Source of the DNA: Candidatus Limnocylindria bacterium
Lineage (GTDB): Bacteria > Chloroflexota > Limnocylindria > QHBO01
Direction of reading: 5' to 3'
Length of the DNA stretch: 64,000 bases
NCBI GenBank assembly: GCA_035708065.1
Contig: DASSTC010000029.1
Location: forward strand, 7,959-71,958
The position numbers and the translations under genes were made by a program. The notes below the pieces were generated by a model that was given only the letters and a program-made list of their open reading frames with translations, ran no database searches and was not told the DNA's origin. This document shows, one piece after another, positions 18,338 through 27,747 of this stretch (position 1 is its first letter; the number at the start of each line of letters is the position of its first letter).

Positions 18338-19352
18338 GCGCGGACTCGTAGCGACGTGCGGCGGCCTGCACGGCGGTCGCGATCGCGGTGCGCAGCTCGG
18401 ACGGCTCGAGGACCTCGACGGCATCGCCCCACGACAGGATCCAGGGCCGGATCTCGACGGTTCCTGCCACGCGGAACGTCATCTCGATCGCGCCATCCGC
18501 CAGCTCGGTGACTTCCTGCGAGGGATGCCAGATCGCCTCGCGGACCCAGTGCGCCACGCGCGCATCGAAGCGCAGGCGGATCGCCTCGACCGGCGTGCCG
18601 TCGCTCGACCAGATGCCCCACGAGTGCTGGAGCCACTGCTGCGCGTCGAAGTCGGCGGGGATCTCGTATCGGTCGAGCGTGACAACCGATGAACGGATGC
18701 GCTCGATCTTGTAGGTCCGCATGGCACCCGCCGGCTCGTCGAAGCCGATGAGGTAGACGCTGTGCGTCGCGCCGTCCGGCTCCAGGAAGTACGGCCGCAC
18801 GCGGGTCGTCTTGCGGTCGCCCTCGAACGACTCGTAGTCGATCTGGACGACGCGGCCGTCGGCCCAGGCCAGCGCCACGTTGCCGAAGTTCCGGGTGAAC
18901 GGATCGTTGGCGCCGTGCGCGCCGACCGCCAGCATCGAGGCGGTCACCTGCCGGGCGATCGGCTGCGGCAGGAGATCGGCGAGCTTGGTGAAGGCGCTGA
19001 CCACCACCTGGTCGTACTCGTCGCTCCAGCGCGCGATGAGCCGCGCGGCGACGAACAGGACGATCGCCTCAGCGACCGACAGGCGCAGCGGCGGCAGGAA
19101 GAACTTCTTGTCGATCCCGTATCGCCCGCGCCCGGCCTCGAAGACCGGGATCGACAGCTCGTCCTCCAGCGCCCGCAGGTCGCGGTAGACGGTCCGCCGG
19201 TTCATGCCGGTGAGGCGCGCGATCTCCTCGACCGGCACGCCGCTCTCGTCATTGCCGCGCGAGTACAGGATCGAGGCGACGCTCAGCAGGCGCGCGGTCC
19301 GGTCGCGCTTGCGACCCCTGGCATCGTCGGCCGCTCCCCATCCGTCGTGCAT
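18327..19352 (-). CDS. WYL-domain transcriptional regulator (HTH-WYL-WCX architecture)
   Basis: N-terminal wHTH (VEEIARLTGMNRRTVYRDLRAL), a central WYL-like region (RVRPYFLEPDGATHSVYLIGFD) and a C-terminal extension. TATGAT box 6 nt upstream of the ATG. Confidence 0.75.
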   Translation of the reverse strand: MHDGWGAADDARGRKRDRTARLLSVASILYSRGNDESGVPVEEIARLTGMNRRTVYRDLRALEDELSIPVFEAGRGRYGIDKKFFLPPLRLSVAEAIVLFVAARLIARWSDEYDQVVVSAFTKLADLLPQPIARQVTASMLAVGAHGANDPFTRNFGNVALAWADGRVVQIDYESFEGDRKTTRVRPYFLEPDGATHSVYLIGFDEPAGAMRTYKIERIRSSVVTLDRYEIPADFDAQQWLQHSWGIWSSDGTPVEAIRLRFDARVAHWVREAIWHPSQEVTELADGAIEMTFRVAGTVEIRPWILSWGDAVEVLEPSELRTAIATAVQAAARRYESAHAR

Positions 19353-19400
19353 CGGCCGATCATACGGCCGGCGCCGGGCGGCGGCGCCGGGCGCATCGGT

Positions 19401-20483
19401 CTACGGCGTCAGGAAGAAGAAGGCGATGGCCAGGATCAGATAGACCGATGTCAGCTGCAGGCCCTCGACCCAGTTCGACTGGCCATCGAGCGCGATGAAG
19501 CCTGCGATGAAGACGCCGACCCCGACCGCCACCACCTCGAGCGGGGTGAAGACCAGCGTCAGGGGGTGGCCGAACACGAGCCCGAAGAGCACGAGCACCG
19601 GCACGGCGAACAGAGCGATCTGCGTGGCCGAGCCGATCGACGTGATCAGGCTGAAGTCCATCTTGTTCTTGTAGGCCAGGGTGATGCCCACGACGTGCTC
19701 GGCCAGGTTACCGATCAGCGGGATGAGGATGATCCCGATGAAGAACTCGCTGATCCCGAGCGACGCGACGGCCGGCTCCAGGGTGTGGACCAGCACCTCG
19801 CTGGCGAAGGTCAGCGCGGCGGCCGATGCGAGCAGCACCACCAGCGCCACCTTCCAGCTCCACTCGGCGATCTCCTCCTCCTGGTCGTGCGCCGCGGGCG
19901 GCGCCGCCGGTGAGCGCAGGAAGAAGAAGGTCTGGGCGGCGTAGGTCGTGATCAGCAGGATCGCGACCCCGACGGTCAGCGCCTCGATCTGGAAGAACTG
20001 CGGGTCGCCCGGCGCGGTGCCCTCCCCACCGCCGATGAGGAAGGCGAACGTGGCCGGCACGATGAGCCCGATGGTGGCCAGGATCAGCGACGCGGCGTTC
20101 ATGCCGGTCAGCTGCGCGTCGTAGCGCTGCACGCCGTTCTTGATGCCGCCGACGAGCAGCGAGGCGCCGAGCACCAGCAGCAGGTTGCCGATGATCGAGC
20201 CGGTGATCGAGGCGTGGACGATCTCGATCTTGTCGTCGACGATCAGGAACGCGGCGATGATGATCTCGCCGATATTGCCGACCGTCGCGTTCATGATCCC
20301 GCCGATGCGCGGGCCGGTGGCGATCCCCAGCTGCTCGGTGGCGTGGCCGAGCACGTAGGCCAGGCCGAGGATCGTCAGCGCGCTGACGCCGAAGGTGAGG
20401 GTCGCGTCGGCGTCGAGCAGCCGCAGCGCCAGGGTGACGATGGTCCCCCCGATCGACAGGGCGTAGGCGATCAGGGAGAACAT
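19401..20483 (-). CDS. Ca2+/H+ antiporter (CaCA family, Cax/ChaA-like)
   Basis: 360 aa, ~11 TM, with two alpha-repeat motifs (GNIGEIIIA and GNLAEHVVG). Confidence 0.85.
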   Translation of the reverse strand: MFSLIAYALSIGGTIVTLALRLLDADATLTFGVSALTILGLAYVLGHATEQLGIATGPRIGGIMNATVGNIGEIIIAAFLIVDDKIEIVHASITGSIIGNLLLVLGASLLVGGIKNGVQRYDAQLTGMNAASLILATIGLIVPATFAFLIGGGEGTAPGDPQFFQIEALTVGVAILLITTYAAQTFFFLRSPAAPPAAHDQEEEIAEWSWKVALVVLLASAAALTFASEVLVHTLEPAVASLGISEFFIGIILIPLIGNLAEHVVGITLAYKNKMDFSLITSIGSATQIALFAVPVLVLFGLVFGHPLTLVFTPLEVVAVGVGVFIAGFIALDGQSNWVEGLQLTSVYLILAIAFFFLTP

Positions 20484-20528
20484 CCGCCGATGGTAGCCGC
20501 TGGCGTCATGGCCACGCGACGCCCGACG

Positions 20529-21329
20529 TCAGGACGCGGCGGGAGTCGTGGACGGGCTGACCGAGGCGCTCGGCGTCGCGCTGCGACTCGGGCTCGGGCT
20601 GGGGCTGGGGCTGGGTGCCGGCTCGCCGGGCAGGCCCGCGAGCATGGCCGCGTTGATCTTGGCATCGGTGCCGATCATCAGGAAGACGTAGTCGTCCGCG
20701 GCCCACGTGTAGATCATCGTCCCGGCGGCGGTGGCGTTGTCCTCGGGACGGACCCAGACCGTGTTGCCGCCGACCGTCTGGCGCTTCCACGCCTCGGGGT
20801 GCAGGCCGGCGATCCCGACGTAGCGGCCGGCCGTGGCGAGATACGGGCGCAGCTCAGCAGTCTTCACCGGCTGTCCCTCGACGCGCATGGCGTAGAGCGA
20901 CAGCTTGCGTGGCTCGACGTAGGCGAGCGCCAGGGAACGGAATCGGCTGCCGATCGACCCGAACGCCTGCGCCACGTCACCGGGGGTCAGGCCGTACTCG
21001 TCGGGCGGAGGCTTGACGACCGGCGAGCCGGCGACGGTGTCCGGAATGACGGCCTCCAGGGCTGCGTCCGGCGGGTTGGTGTACGACGGCGTCGGGGACG
21101 GGGTGGGAACCGGCGTGGGGGTCGGCGCCGGCGTGGCGGAGGCTGCGGCCGAGGCCGGCAGCGAGACGCTCGCGGAGCCGGTCGGCGTGGTGCTCCCGCA
21201 GGCGGCGAGCAGCAGGGTGATGACCAGAAGCGCCACGGCGCCGGCGGACACGCCGGGGTTGGTCGGGCGCAGCGCGACAGAGCGAGGGATCCGCATGGGA
21301 GCGGCGATCATAGCATCGCCGCTGGTCAC
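20529..21329 (-). CDS. Lipoprotein of unknown function
   Basis: Signal peptide with lipobox LLLAAC, plus Pro/Thr/Ser-rich linkers at both ends. The GTG start overlaps the upstream gene's stop (GTGA). Confidence 0.6.
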   Translation of the reverse strand: MTSGDAMIAAPMRIPRSVALRPTNPGVSAGAVALLVITLLLAACGSTTPTGSASVSLPASAAASATPAPTPTPVPTPSPTPSYTNPPDAALEAVIPDTVAGSPVVKPPPDEYGLTPGDVAQAFGSIGSRFRSLALAYVEPRKLSLYAMRVEGQPVKTAELRPYLATAGRYVGIAGLHPEAWKRQTVGGNTVWVRPEDNATAAGTMIYTWAADDYVFLMIGTDAKINAAMLAGLPGEPAPSPSPSPSPSRSATPSASVSPSTTPAAS

Positions 21330-24300
21330 GCTGCCCCGGCCACCTCGTCGTCGGGCGGGGGAACGAGCGAGGTCGGCTCGGCGGGGCTCGAAGCGGTTTC
21401 GGAGGGCTGCCGATCGGCGCGGCGGCGACGAGGCGCCGTCGGTCGTGCCGGTGCGGCGGCGGCGGCGAGCGCGTCGAGCACGTCGGGGCGGAAGCGGCGC
21501 TTCTCGGCTCGCAGCTCGGTGAGGGCGACCGAGCGCGACAGCCGCTTGCCGCCGACGCCGTTGGTCATGACGTCATAGGCGTTCGCCGCAGCGACGATCT
21601 GCGCCGAGATCGGGCGGGTGCGCGCCTCCCGGCTGCGCCGCGCCCAGTGCATCACATCGTCGACGGCGGCCAGCGACGGGATGCCGTGCAGCTCTCCGGT
21701 GGTCACGAGCTCCAGGCCGTGCAGCCGCGCGGCGAGCTCCACGTTGCGCGCGTCGTTCTCGTCGCAGCCGAGGCGGCGGGCCATGGCCGCGGCCAGCCGG
21801 CCGACACGGTTGGCGTGCGCCCAGCTCGCCGCGCCCCGCGCGTCGAGCGTGCGGGCCATTGACAGCAGCGCGTCGCGGATGGCCGGGTCGTCGGTATCGG
21901 CGCCGATCCGCGTGGCGTGCTCGACGAGATGCTCGACGGCTCGCGGTTCGTCGGCGCGGAGCAGCGCGGCGCGTGCCAGCTGGTCGAGCGTGCCGCGCAG
22001 ATCGCGCATCTCGCTCGGGACGTCGGCGGCGAGCACCACGCGATCCTCGCCGGACTGCTTCCCGAAGTAGAGGGCGGTATCCGCCGCGCCGATGAGCGCG
22101 TTCTTGTCGTCGGCATCGCTCGGGTGGCTGGCCACACCGACGGTGATCGTCACCGGGCTCAGCTCCTTGGCGGTCAGCCGCGCCACCGCGCGGCGCACCC
22201 GCTCGCCGATCGTGGCCCCGGTGGCGGCATCGACGCCGCGCAGGATCAGGGCGAACTCGTCGCCGCCGTAGCGGTAGACACCATCGTTGGCGCGCGCCGA
22301 CTCACGGATCGCCGCGCCGATGGCGTGGAGCAGCGCGTCGCCGGCGGGGTGTCCCAGCCGGTCGTTGTACGCCTTGAAGTTGTCGAGGTCCATCATCAGC
22401 AGCGCGACCGGCTCGTCGGCATCCGCGGCCTGCTCGAGCACCTCGGCCAGGTTGAGCTGGAAGGCGCCGTGGTTGCCCAGCTCGGTCAGGGCATCGGTCT
22501 GACCCCGAACGACGACGGCGTGGTGCGTGTCGGCATTACGCAGGGCGATCGAGGCCTGGCCGGCGAACAGCTTCACCAGCTCGAGGTCGTTCTGGCTGAA
22601 GTAGACCTCCGGACCGCCAACGCGGCTGATGTTCAGCGAGCCGGTGACGATTCCGTCGCTGATCAGCGGGACGACGATCAGTGCCTCCGGATCGTCCGGC
22701 GTACCGGGGATCTGCGCGACGCGCGGGTCGGCCAGTGCGTCGTTGGCCAGCACCGCCTGGCGGTGGTCGACCGCCCAGCCCATCAGGCCGTGACCGAACG
22801 GCACGATGTAGCGCTGCACCTGCTCGGCGTGCCGTTCGCGGGCAAGCACCGGCAGGAGCACCTGCTGGGTATGGTCCGCGCGGTAGATCGACAGGTTGTC
22901 GTAGTGGACGACGCTCTTCAGGCTGTCGGCGATCAGCTCGAAGACGCTCTTCGGGTCGAGGGTGCCGAGCAGCCGATCGTTGATCTCCAGCAGCCGCCGC
23001 TGAGAGTCGAGCTGGCGCGCCAGCTCGGCCGACTGCTCCGCCAGCCGCTCGTAGGCAGTGGCATTCGCCATCGCCTGCGCCGCGTAGCCGGCGAAGATCT
23101 TCATCGTCTGCAGGTCGTCCTCGGTGAACTGGTTGAGCCCCAGCTTCGAAAGGGCGAGGACCCCGAGCGCACGCTCTTCGTAGAGCATCGGGACCACGAG
23201 CATCGACTCGTCGATGTCATCGGTCCCGTCGATCGTCAGGCCACGCTCGTCCGCCAGCGCGTCGTTGATGAGCAGCGCCTCGCCGGTCTCGGCCACGGTG
23301 CCGGTGAACGAGCCGGGGCCGATGTCGACCTTCAGCCGCTCCTCGAAATCGCCGTCACCCAGCAGGCGGCGGGTGTAGGCCACCGGCTCGCAGGTGCGCG
23401 TGGTCCAGTCGACGGTGTAGATCCGGATGTCGTGGTACGCGGCCAGCGTGCTCGCCTCGGCGACGATCGCTTCGGCGATCGCCTTGACATCGGTCAGGCG
23501 GTTCAGGCGCGCCGAGAGGTCCTGGATCGACTTCATGCGTGCCGCCTGCTCCGCGGCGGACCGATACAGCCGCGCGTTGCTGATGGCGACCGCCGCCTGG
23601 TTGGCGAAGGCCTGCGCCAGCGCGAGCTCGTCCTCGGGCCACTCGTGGTCACGGCCGTGGTACAGGCCCAGGACGCCGACCGCCCGGTCGTGGGACAGCA
23701 GCGGCACGATGCAGGCAGTGCGGATCCCGTCGCGCTGGTAGGTCTCGCGCATGACCCCGACACTGCCGCGACTGTCGGCATGGTCGACGACGTAGGTCCG
23801 CCGATCGCGGACGGCGTAGATGCCCAGGGAGGGGCTTTCCAGCGTCAGCTCGGCGACCGATGCGTGGAACTCGTCGCTGATGCCCCGCGAGGCCGCGGGT
23901 TCGAACGGGTGCTCGGGGTCGTCGGTGATGAGCCACAGGCCGGCCTTGTCGGCGTCGAACAGGAGCCGGGTACGGTCGATGATGTCGCTCAGCACCACGT
24001 TCAGGTCGAGCTTGCCGGTGAGCTCCTGGGTGATGCCGCGCAGCGCCCGCGCCCTGGTCAGCTCGCGGCGGACGCGGCTCAGCAGGCGCGCGCTGTGGAT
24101 GGCGACCGCGATGGCGTTGCCGGCGGTGCGCAGGAACGGCAGGTGGCCGACACTCAGCACGCCACCCGGCTCGTCCGCGACGAGCAGCTGGCCGACGATC
24201 TCGCCGGCGGCGCGCAACGGCAGCCGAACCTCGGTGAGCGACGACGCGTGGTCGGTCGCGCGCTGGACCGATTCGGCGAGCGGCTCTCCGTCGCCCTCGG

Positions 24301-24742
24301 CGACGTCGATGCTGGTCGGCGGCGTCATCCGGTAGCCGGCGTGCGTCTCGAGCGCCAGCGATCCGTTGCGAACAAGGTAGATGGCGATGCGCGGGTAGTC
24401 GAAGCGCGAGCGGATCGCCTCGACCGCGACGCGGCAGACCGCCGAGACGTTCGAGGCAGCGGCCGCTCCCTGCGCCAGCCGCGCGAGGACGGCGAGCTCG
24501 GCGTCGCGCTGCTCGTCGGCGACCGGCAGGGCCGGCTCCGCCTCGGCACCCTCGGCGAGCAGGCGCTCGACATCGCCGCGCCGATAACGACGGTCACCGC
24601 GCGGGTTGATGCGGTACGCCGTCAGCCGGCCGGCCTCGGTCCAGGCGCGGATCGTGTTCGGGTGAACGCCGAGCAACGCCGCCGCCTGGGCGACGCCGAT
24701 CAGGGCGTCGTCCGCGACCCGGTCGCGAAGGGGGTTCGCCAC
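21326..24742 (-). CDS. Multidomain signalling protein: excisionase/MerR-type HTH, multiple GAF domains, GGDEF diguanylate cyclase, degenerate HD(-GYP)-like domain
   Basis: 1138 aa. HTH at IGVAQAAALLGVHPNTIRAWTEAGRL. At least four GAF-like repeats. GGDEF is intact (RYGGDEFALIL) with an RxxD I-site (RAND) 5 aa upstream. The C-terminal HANRVG...ARLHGLE lacks the Asp of the HD dyad. Confidence 0.8.
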   Translation of the reverse strand: MANPLRDRVADDALIGVAQAAALLGVHPNTIRAWTEAGRLTAYRINPRGDRRYRRGDVERLLAEGAEAEPALPVADEQRDAELAVLARLAQGAAAASNVSAVCRVAVEAIRSRFDYPRIAIYLVRNGSLALETHAGYRMTPPTSIDVAEGDGEPLAESVQRATDHASSLTEVRLPLRAAGEIVGQLLVADEPGGVLSVGHLPFLRTAGNAIAVAIHSARLLSRVRRELTRARALRGITQELTGKLDLNVVLSDIIDRTRLLFDADKAGLWLITDDPEHPFEPAASRGISDEFHASVAELTLESPSLGIYAVRDRRTYVVDHADSRGSVGVMRETYQRDGIRTACIVPLLSHDRAVGVLGLYHGRDHEWPEDELALAQAFANQAAVAISNARLYRSAAEQAARMKSIQDLSARLNRLTDVKAIAEAIVAEASTLAAYHDIRIYTVDWTTRTCEPVAYTRRLLGDGDFEERLKVDIGPGSFTGTVAETGEALLINDALADERGLTIDGTDDIDESMLVVPMLYEERALGVLALSKLGLNQFTEDDLQTMKIFAGYAAQAMANATAYERLAEQSAELARQLDSQRRLLEINDRLLGTLDPKSVFELIADSLKSVVHYDNLSIYRADHTQQVLLPVLARERHAEQVQRYIVPFGHGLMGWAVDHRQAVLANDALADPRVAQIPGTPDDPEALIVVPLISDGIVTGSLNISRVGGPEVYFSQNDLELVKLFAGQASIALRNADTHHAVVVRGQTDALTELGNHGAFQLNLAEVLEQAADADEPVALLMMDLDNFKAYNDRLGHPAGDALLHAIGAAIRESARANDGVYRYGGDEFALILRGVDAATGATIGERVRRAVARLTAKELSPVTITVGVASHPSDADDKNALIGAADTALYFGKQSGEDRVVLAADVPSEMRDLRGTLDQLARAALLRADEPRAVEHLVEHATRIGADTDDPAIRDALLSMARTLDARGAASWAHANRVGRLAAAMARRLGCDENDARNVELAARLHGLELVTTGELHGIPSLAAVDDVMHWARRSREARTRPISAQIVAAANAYDVMTNGVGGKRLSRSVALTELRAEKRRFRPDVLDALAAAAAPARPTAPRRRRADRQPSETASSPAEPTSLVPPPDDEVAGAA

Positions 24743-24887
24743 GCGTCAACCTCCGCTGTGTTGCCGGCTGGCTATCCAGCGCTCGGGATGGAAGTTCTGG
24801 TAGGTGCCGTATACCGGATGGTATTGGTGGCAACCGCGACGGCCGATGCCCCGTTCGTACCAATTCGCCCGGTACGAGCGCCGTTGC

Positions 24888-25631
24888 CTACACCAGCGCG
24901 GCCACCAGCGCCAGCGCCAGACCGATGCCCCCCAGGACGCCGCCGAGCACCGCGGCGAGCACCGCGACCGGCAGCCAGCGCCGGCGGGGTCCGCCGAGCA
25001 GCCGCATCGCCTCGTCGAGCTCGAGCGCCGAGATGAGGTAGCCGCCCGGCGGCGGAGCCAGCCGCAGCCGGTCGCCGATGCGCTCGGGGGTTGCCAGCAC
25101 CAGCAGCCGGTCGACGACGCTGATCATCCGCGTCTCGGCACGCGCGGCAGTGACCGGTCCGAACTGGGCGCTCAGTCGGGCGATCGCCGGCTGATACGTC
25201 TCGTCCAGCTCGTCGGCGCGCCCGTTCCAGACGTGCGGGATGGCCACCAGCGGTTCGGCGGCCTCCGCGGGGTCCAGCGTCAGCGCGCCGTCGTGGTCCC
25301 ACAGCTCGAAGCTGCGTGTCTCGCGCCGGTGCTCGATGCTGCGCCAGCCGTCTCGCGTCTTCACCTCGACGTCCCGGTGCCAGGCCACGAGGCGCTCGTC
25401 CTCCTCGCTGACCAGTGGGTCGGCGCAGCGCACGCGCCCGATCACGCGGACCGGCCGGTCGGGAGGATCAGCGGTGTCGAGCAGCTCGCCGACCTTGACC
25501 TGTCGGGCGCCGCCGAGCCGGCGCGCCATGCGGAAATGCGCGTGGCTGGTGGCGAGGGTCAGCAGGCCGCCGGCGAGCAGGGCAAGCCCGACCAGGGCAA
25601 CGACCAGCCAGGCGAGCACGGCGGGGGGCAT
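24888..25631 (-). CDS. Membrane protein with N- and C-terminal TM anchors (GIDE-like)
   Basis: 247 aa from MPPAVLAW. TM segments at both ends. The central beta-rich region (VRVIGRVRCADPLVSEE...SFELWDHDGALTLDP) resembles bacterial GIDE-domain proteins. Tentative. Confidence 0.45.
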   Translation of the reverse strand: MPPAVLAWLVVALVGLALLAGGLLTLATSHAHFRMARRLGGARQVKVGELLDTADPPDRPVRVIGRVRCADPLVSEEDERLVAWHRDVEVKTRDGWRSIEHRRETRSFELWDHDGALTLDPAEAAEPLVAIPHVWNGRADELDETYQPAIARLSAQFGPVTAARAETRMISVVDRLLVLATPERIGDRLRLAPPPGGYLISALELDEAMRLLGGPRRRWLPVAVLAAVLGGVLGGIGLALALVAALV

Positions 25632-25756
25632 CGGCGCGGAGTATATCGGCCCGTTCGGGGTGGCAGATCGTCGCAGAGATGTCGGTCGTCGCATCTGCCC
25701 GCGTTCCCGCTGCCTGCGGAGCGTTAGCCGGCAGACTTGTGTCAGATCCCGAAGAC

Positions 25757-25878
25757 TGACCGATACATCGGCCGAAGTTACCGCAAGCGCCTTCCGCGCT
25801 GCGAATGACCGATATGTCGGACAGCAGCCAGCGTGAGCGGCGCGGCCGCGCGCACTTCGTGCGGAATAGTGACCGATA
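25757..25878. repeat. Three direct copies of TGACCGATA in a 360-bp non-coding, lower-GC spacer
   Basis: Copies at 25757-25765, 25806-25814 and 25870-25878. The first two extend to dyads (CCGATACATCGG and CCGATATGTCGG). Confidence 0.5.
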
Positions 25879-25994
25879 AAGCCGCCAACCGCAGCGCGAA
25901 CCGCGATTCGCGTGAAATTCAACCGACACAGCGATCACTCAACGCCGAGCGGCACAGACGGGGACTCCCGCGGCGTCAGGCCGAAGCGTTGGTG

Positions 25995-26429
25995 TCATTG
26001 CGGAAACATCGCTCGGATGTACGAGCCGTCGATGACCCACCCATCGGCCGGTCGGATCGTCACCACGGCGCGGAAGAGCGCCGGCGGCTGGTCGACCAGA
26101 CCCCGTAGCTCGACGATGACCGCGTCCTGGGGATTGAATACCCCCGCACCGCCCATGTCGCACTCCAGGCGGCTGATGCCGGTCGCACCGTGGACACCCA
26201 TGGCTGTGATTTCACGCGCCTGCGGCACTCGAGACAGCACCCAGCCCGACGCAATGTCGACGAAGTGCTGCCGATCCTCGGGTTTCGGAAGGAAGCTTGC
26301 CTGAGCCGTGACGAGACACTGTGCGGTCCGCCAGGCCTTATGCGGCGCCACAGCGGAATCTGGTTGGAGCAGGCACCCTGCGAGAACGATCGAGAGCGTC
26401 AACGTGCCGATCGTCACGAGGCGACTCAT
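25995..26429 (-). CDS. Small lipoprotein of unknown function
   Basis: 144 aa from MSRLVTIGTLTLSIVLAGC (lipobox). ATGA overlap with the ybaK-like stop. The longer ORF upstream is Arg-rich and overlaps that gene. Confidence 0.55.
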   Translation of the reverse strand: MSRLVTIGTLTLSIVLAGCLLQPDSAVAPHKAWRTAQCLVTAQASFLPKPEDRQHFVDIASGWVLSRVPQAREITAMGVHGATGISRLECDMGGAGVFNPQDAVIVELRGLVDQPPALFRAVVTIRPADGWVIDGSYIRAMFPQ

Positions 26430-26902
26430 TCGGCGATGTCGACGACCAGTGCGCCAGCGGCGCGCTGGAGCTCCGCGGGCGACACCGAGAAGACGGCGTC
26501 CGGCAAGCCCGCGGCGGCCCACACGACGTCGAACCCGAGCAGCGCGCGGTCCATGAGCACCGACAGCGGCTGGGAGTGGCCCAGCGGTGGCACGCCGCCG
26601 ATGGCGTAACCGGTCGCCGCGCGCGCCTCGTCGCCGGTTGCGCGTCGCACCGACGCAACATCCACGTCGAGCACGCCCCCCAGCCGCGCCACCGACAGCC
26701 GGTCCGCGCCGGAGAGCAGGGCCACGACGGGCACGTCGCCAGCAATGAACACGAGGGACTTCACGATCTGGGCGACGTCGCAGCCGACGGCACGAGCGGC
26801 ATCGGTCGCCGTTCGGGTGCCTTCCGGGAAGCGCGTGACCGAGATGGCGAGGCCCGCATCGGCTGCGGCAGCCACGACGCGCGACACGTTGGCGTGCTCC
26901 AT
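26426..26902 (-). CDS. YbaK/EbsC-family aminoacyl-tRNA deacylase domain protein
   Basis: 158 aa with QIVKSLVF and GYAIGGVPPLGH motifs, typical of YbaK/ProX editing domains. Confidence 0.75.
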   Translation of the reverse strand: MEHANVSRVVAAAADAGLAISVTRFPEGTRTATDAARAVGCDVAQIVKSLVFIAGDVPVVALLSGADRLSVARLGGVLDVDVASVRRATGDEARAATGYAIGGVPPLGHSQPLSVLMDRALLGFDVVWAAAGLPDAVFSVSPAELQRAAGALVVDIAE

Positions 26903-26924
26903 GAGGCCGATGATGACAGCCCTG

Positions 26925-26933
26925 TGCTAGGCT
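26925..26933 (+). promoter_or_regulatory. Putative extended -10 promoter (TGcTAGGCT) of the thiamine operon
   Basis: Located ~15-20 nt upstream of the TPP aptamer. Confidence 0.4.
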
Positions 26934-26945
26934 CATCGGACCAAC

Positions 26946-27036
26946 CTGGGACGACAGGGGAGCGCGAAAGCGCTGAGAGTGCGGACCACCGCAGACCCTC
27001 GAACCTGATCTGGGTCATGCCAGCGCAGGGAGTTCG
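26946..27036 (+). promoter_or_regulatory. TPP (THI-box) riboswitch aptamer
   Basis: CAGGGGAGCGCGAAAGCGCTGAGAGTGCGGACCACCGCAGACCCTCGAACCTGATCTGGGTCATGCCAGCGCAGGGAG matches the conserved GGGG.GC...CTGAGA...ACCC...GAACCTGATC.GG.TAATGCC.GCG.AGGGA core. A GC hairpin (about 27042-27064) follows. Confidence 0.9.
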
Positions 27037-27087
27037 GTAGCGAAGCGCCGCAGCGCCTTCCTCTTGAGTCCATCAAGGACCGATGCA

Positions 27088-27747
27088 GTGGAGGCCGCCG
27101 TGCGCGCGGTGATCGTCGCCGGGGGTGACCCGGATCCAAGCGACGTCAGCTGGCTGACCGATGCCGGCCTGCTCGTCGCCGCCGACTCCGGCGCGTCCTG
27201 GCTCGACGAGCTCGGGATCACGCCCGACCTGCTGGTCGGCGACCTCGACTCTGTCGGAGAAGCGCTTGTCGACCGCCTCGCGGCGGCCGGCGTCACCATC
27301 GAGCGGCACGCGGCCGACAAGGACGAGTCGGACGCCGAGCTGGCGCTCGCCCGGGCGGTGGAGTCGGGCGCCGAGACGATCGTGATCCTCGGCGCGCTCT
27401 CCGGGGAGCGGCTGGACCACGAGCTGGCCAACCTGCTGCTCCTCGCCGACCCGGCGTGGCGTGGGCGCGACGTCCGCATCGTGCGTGGTACCACCAGCGT
27501 TCGTGCCCTGCACGGCGGGGAGTCGCTCGAGCTGACCGGCCAACCGGGCGATGTGGTCACGCTCCTGCCGGTGCGTGGCGACGCGCAGGGCGTCACCACC
27601 GACGGCCTGCGCTATCCCCTGGCCGACGAGGAGCTGCGCTTCGGGCGGTCCCGCGGGCTGTCCAACGTGGTGGAGCGGGCGGGGGCATCGGTCTGGTTGA
27701 AGAGCGGAACGCTGCTGGTGATCGAAAGCCGGGAGCAGGGAGAATGA
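27088..27747 (+). CDS. thiN: Thiamine diphosphokinase
   Basis: AVIVAGGD...VAADSGA...LLVGDLDS...HAADKDESDAELAL motifs of TPK. Start set at GTG 27088; the ORF is open from TTG 27064. Confidence 0.8.
   Translation: MEAAVRAVIVAGGDPDPSDVSWLTDAGLLVAADSGASWLDELGITPDLLVGDLDSVGEALVDRLAAAGVTIERHAADKDESDAELALARAVESGAETIVILGALSGERLDHELANLLLLADPAWRGRDVRIVRGTTSVRALHGGESLELTGQPGDVVTLLPVRGDAQGVTTDGLRYPLADEELRFGRSRGLSNVVERAGASVWLKSGTLLVIESREQGE

Noticed and set aside
19352-19400. Short minus-strand reading frame starting at the ATG inside the 12-mer upstream of the WYL gene.
   Set aside because: It is out of frame with the WYL ORF, about 37 codons long, Pro/Ala-rich, and has no SD or -10 box at a suitable distance.
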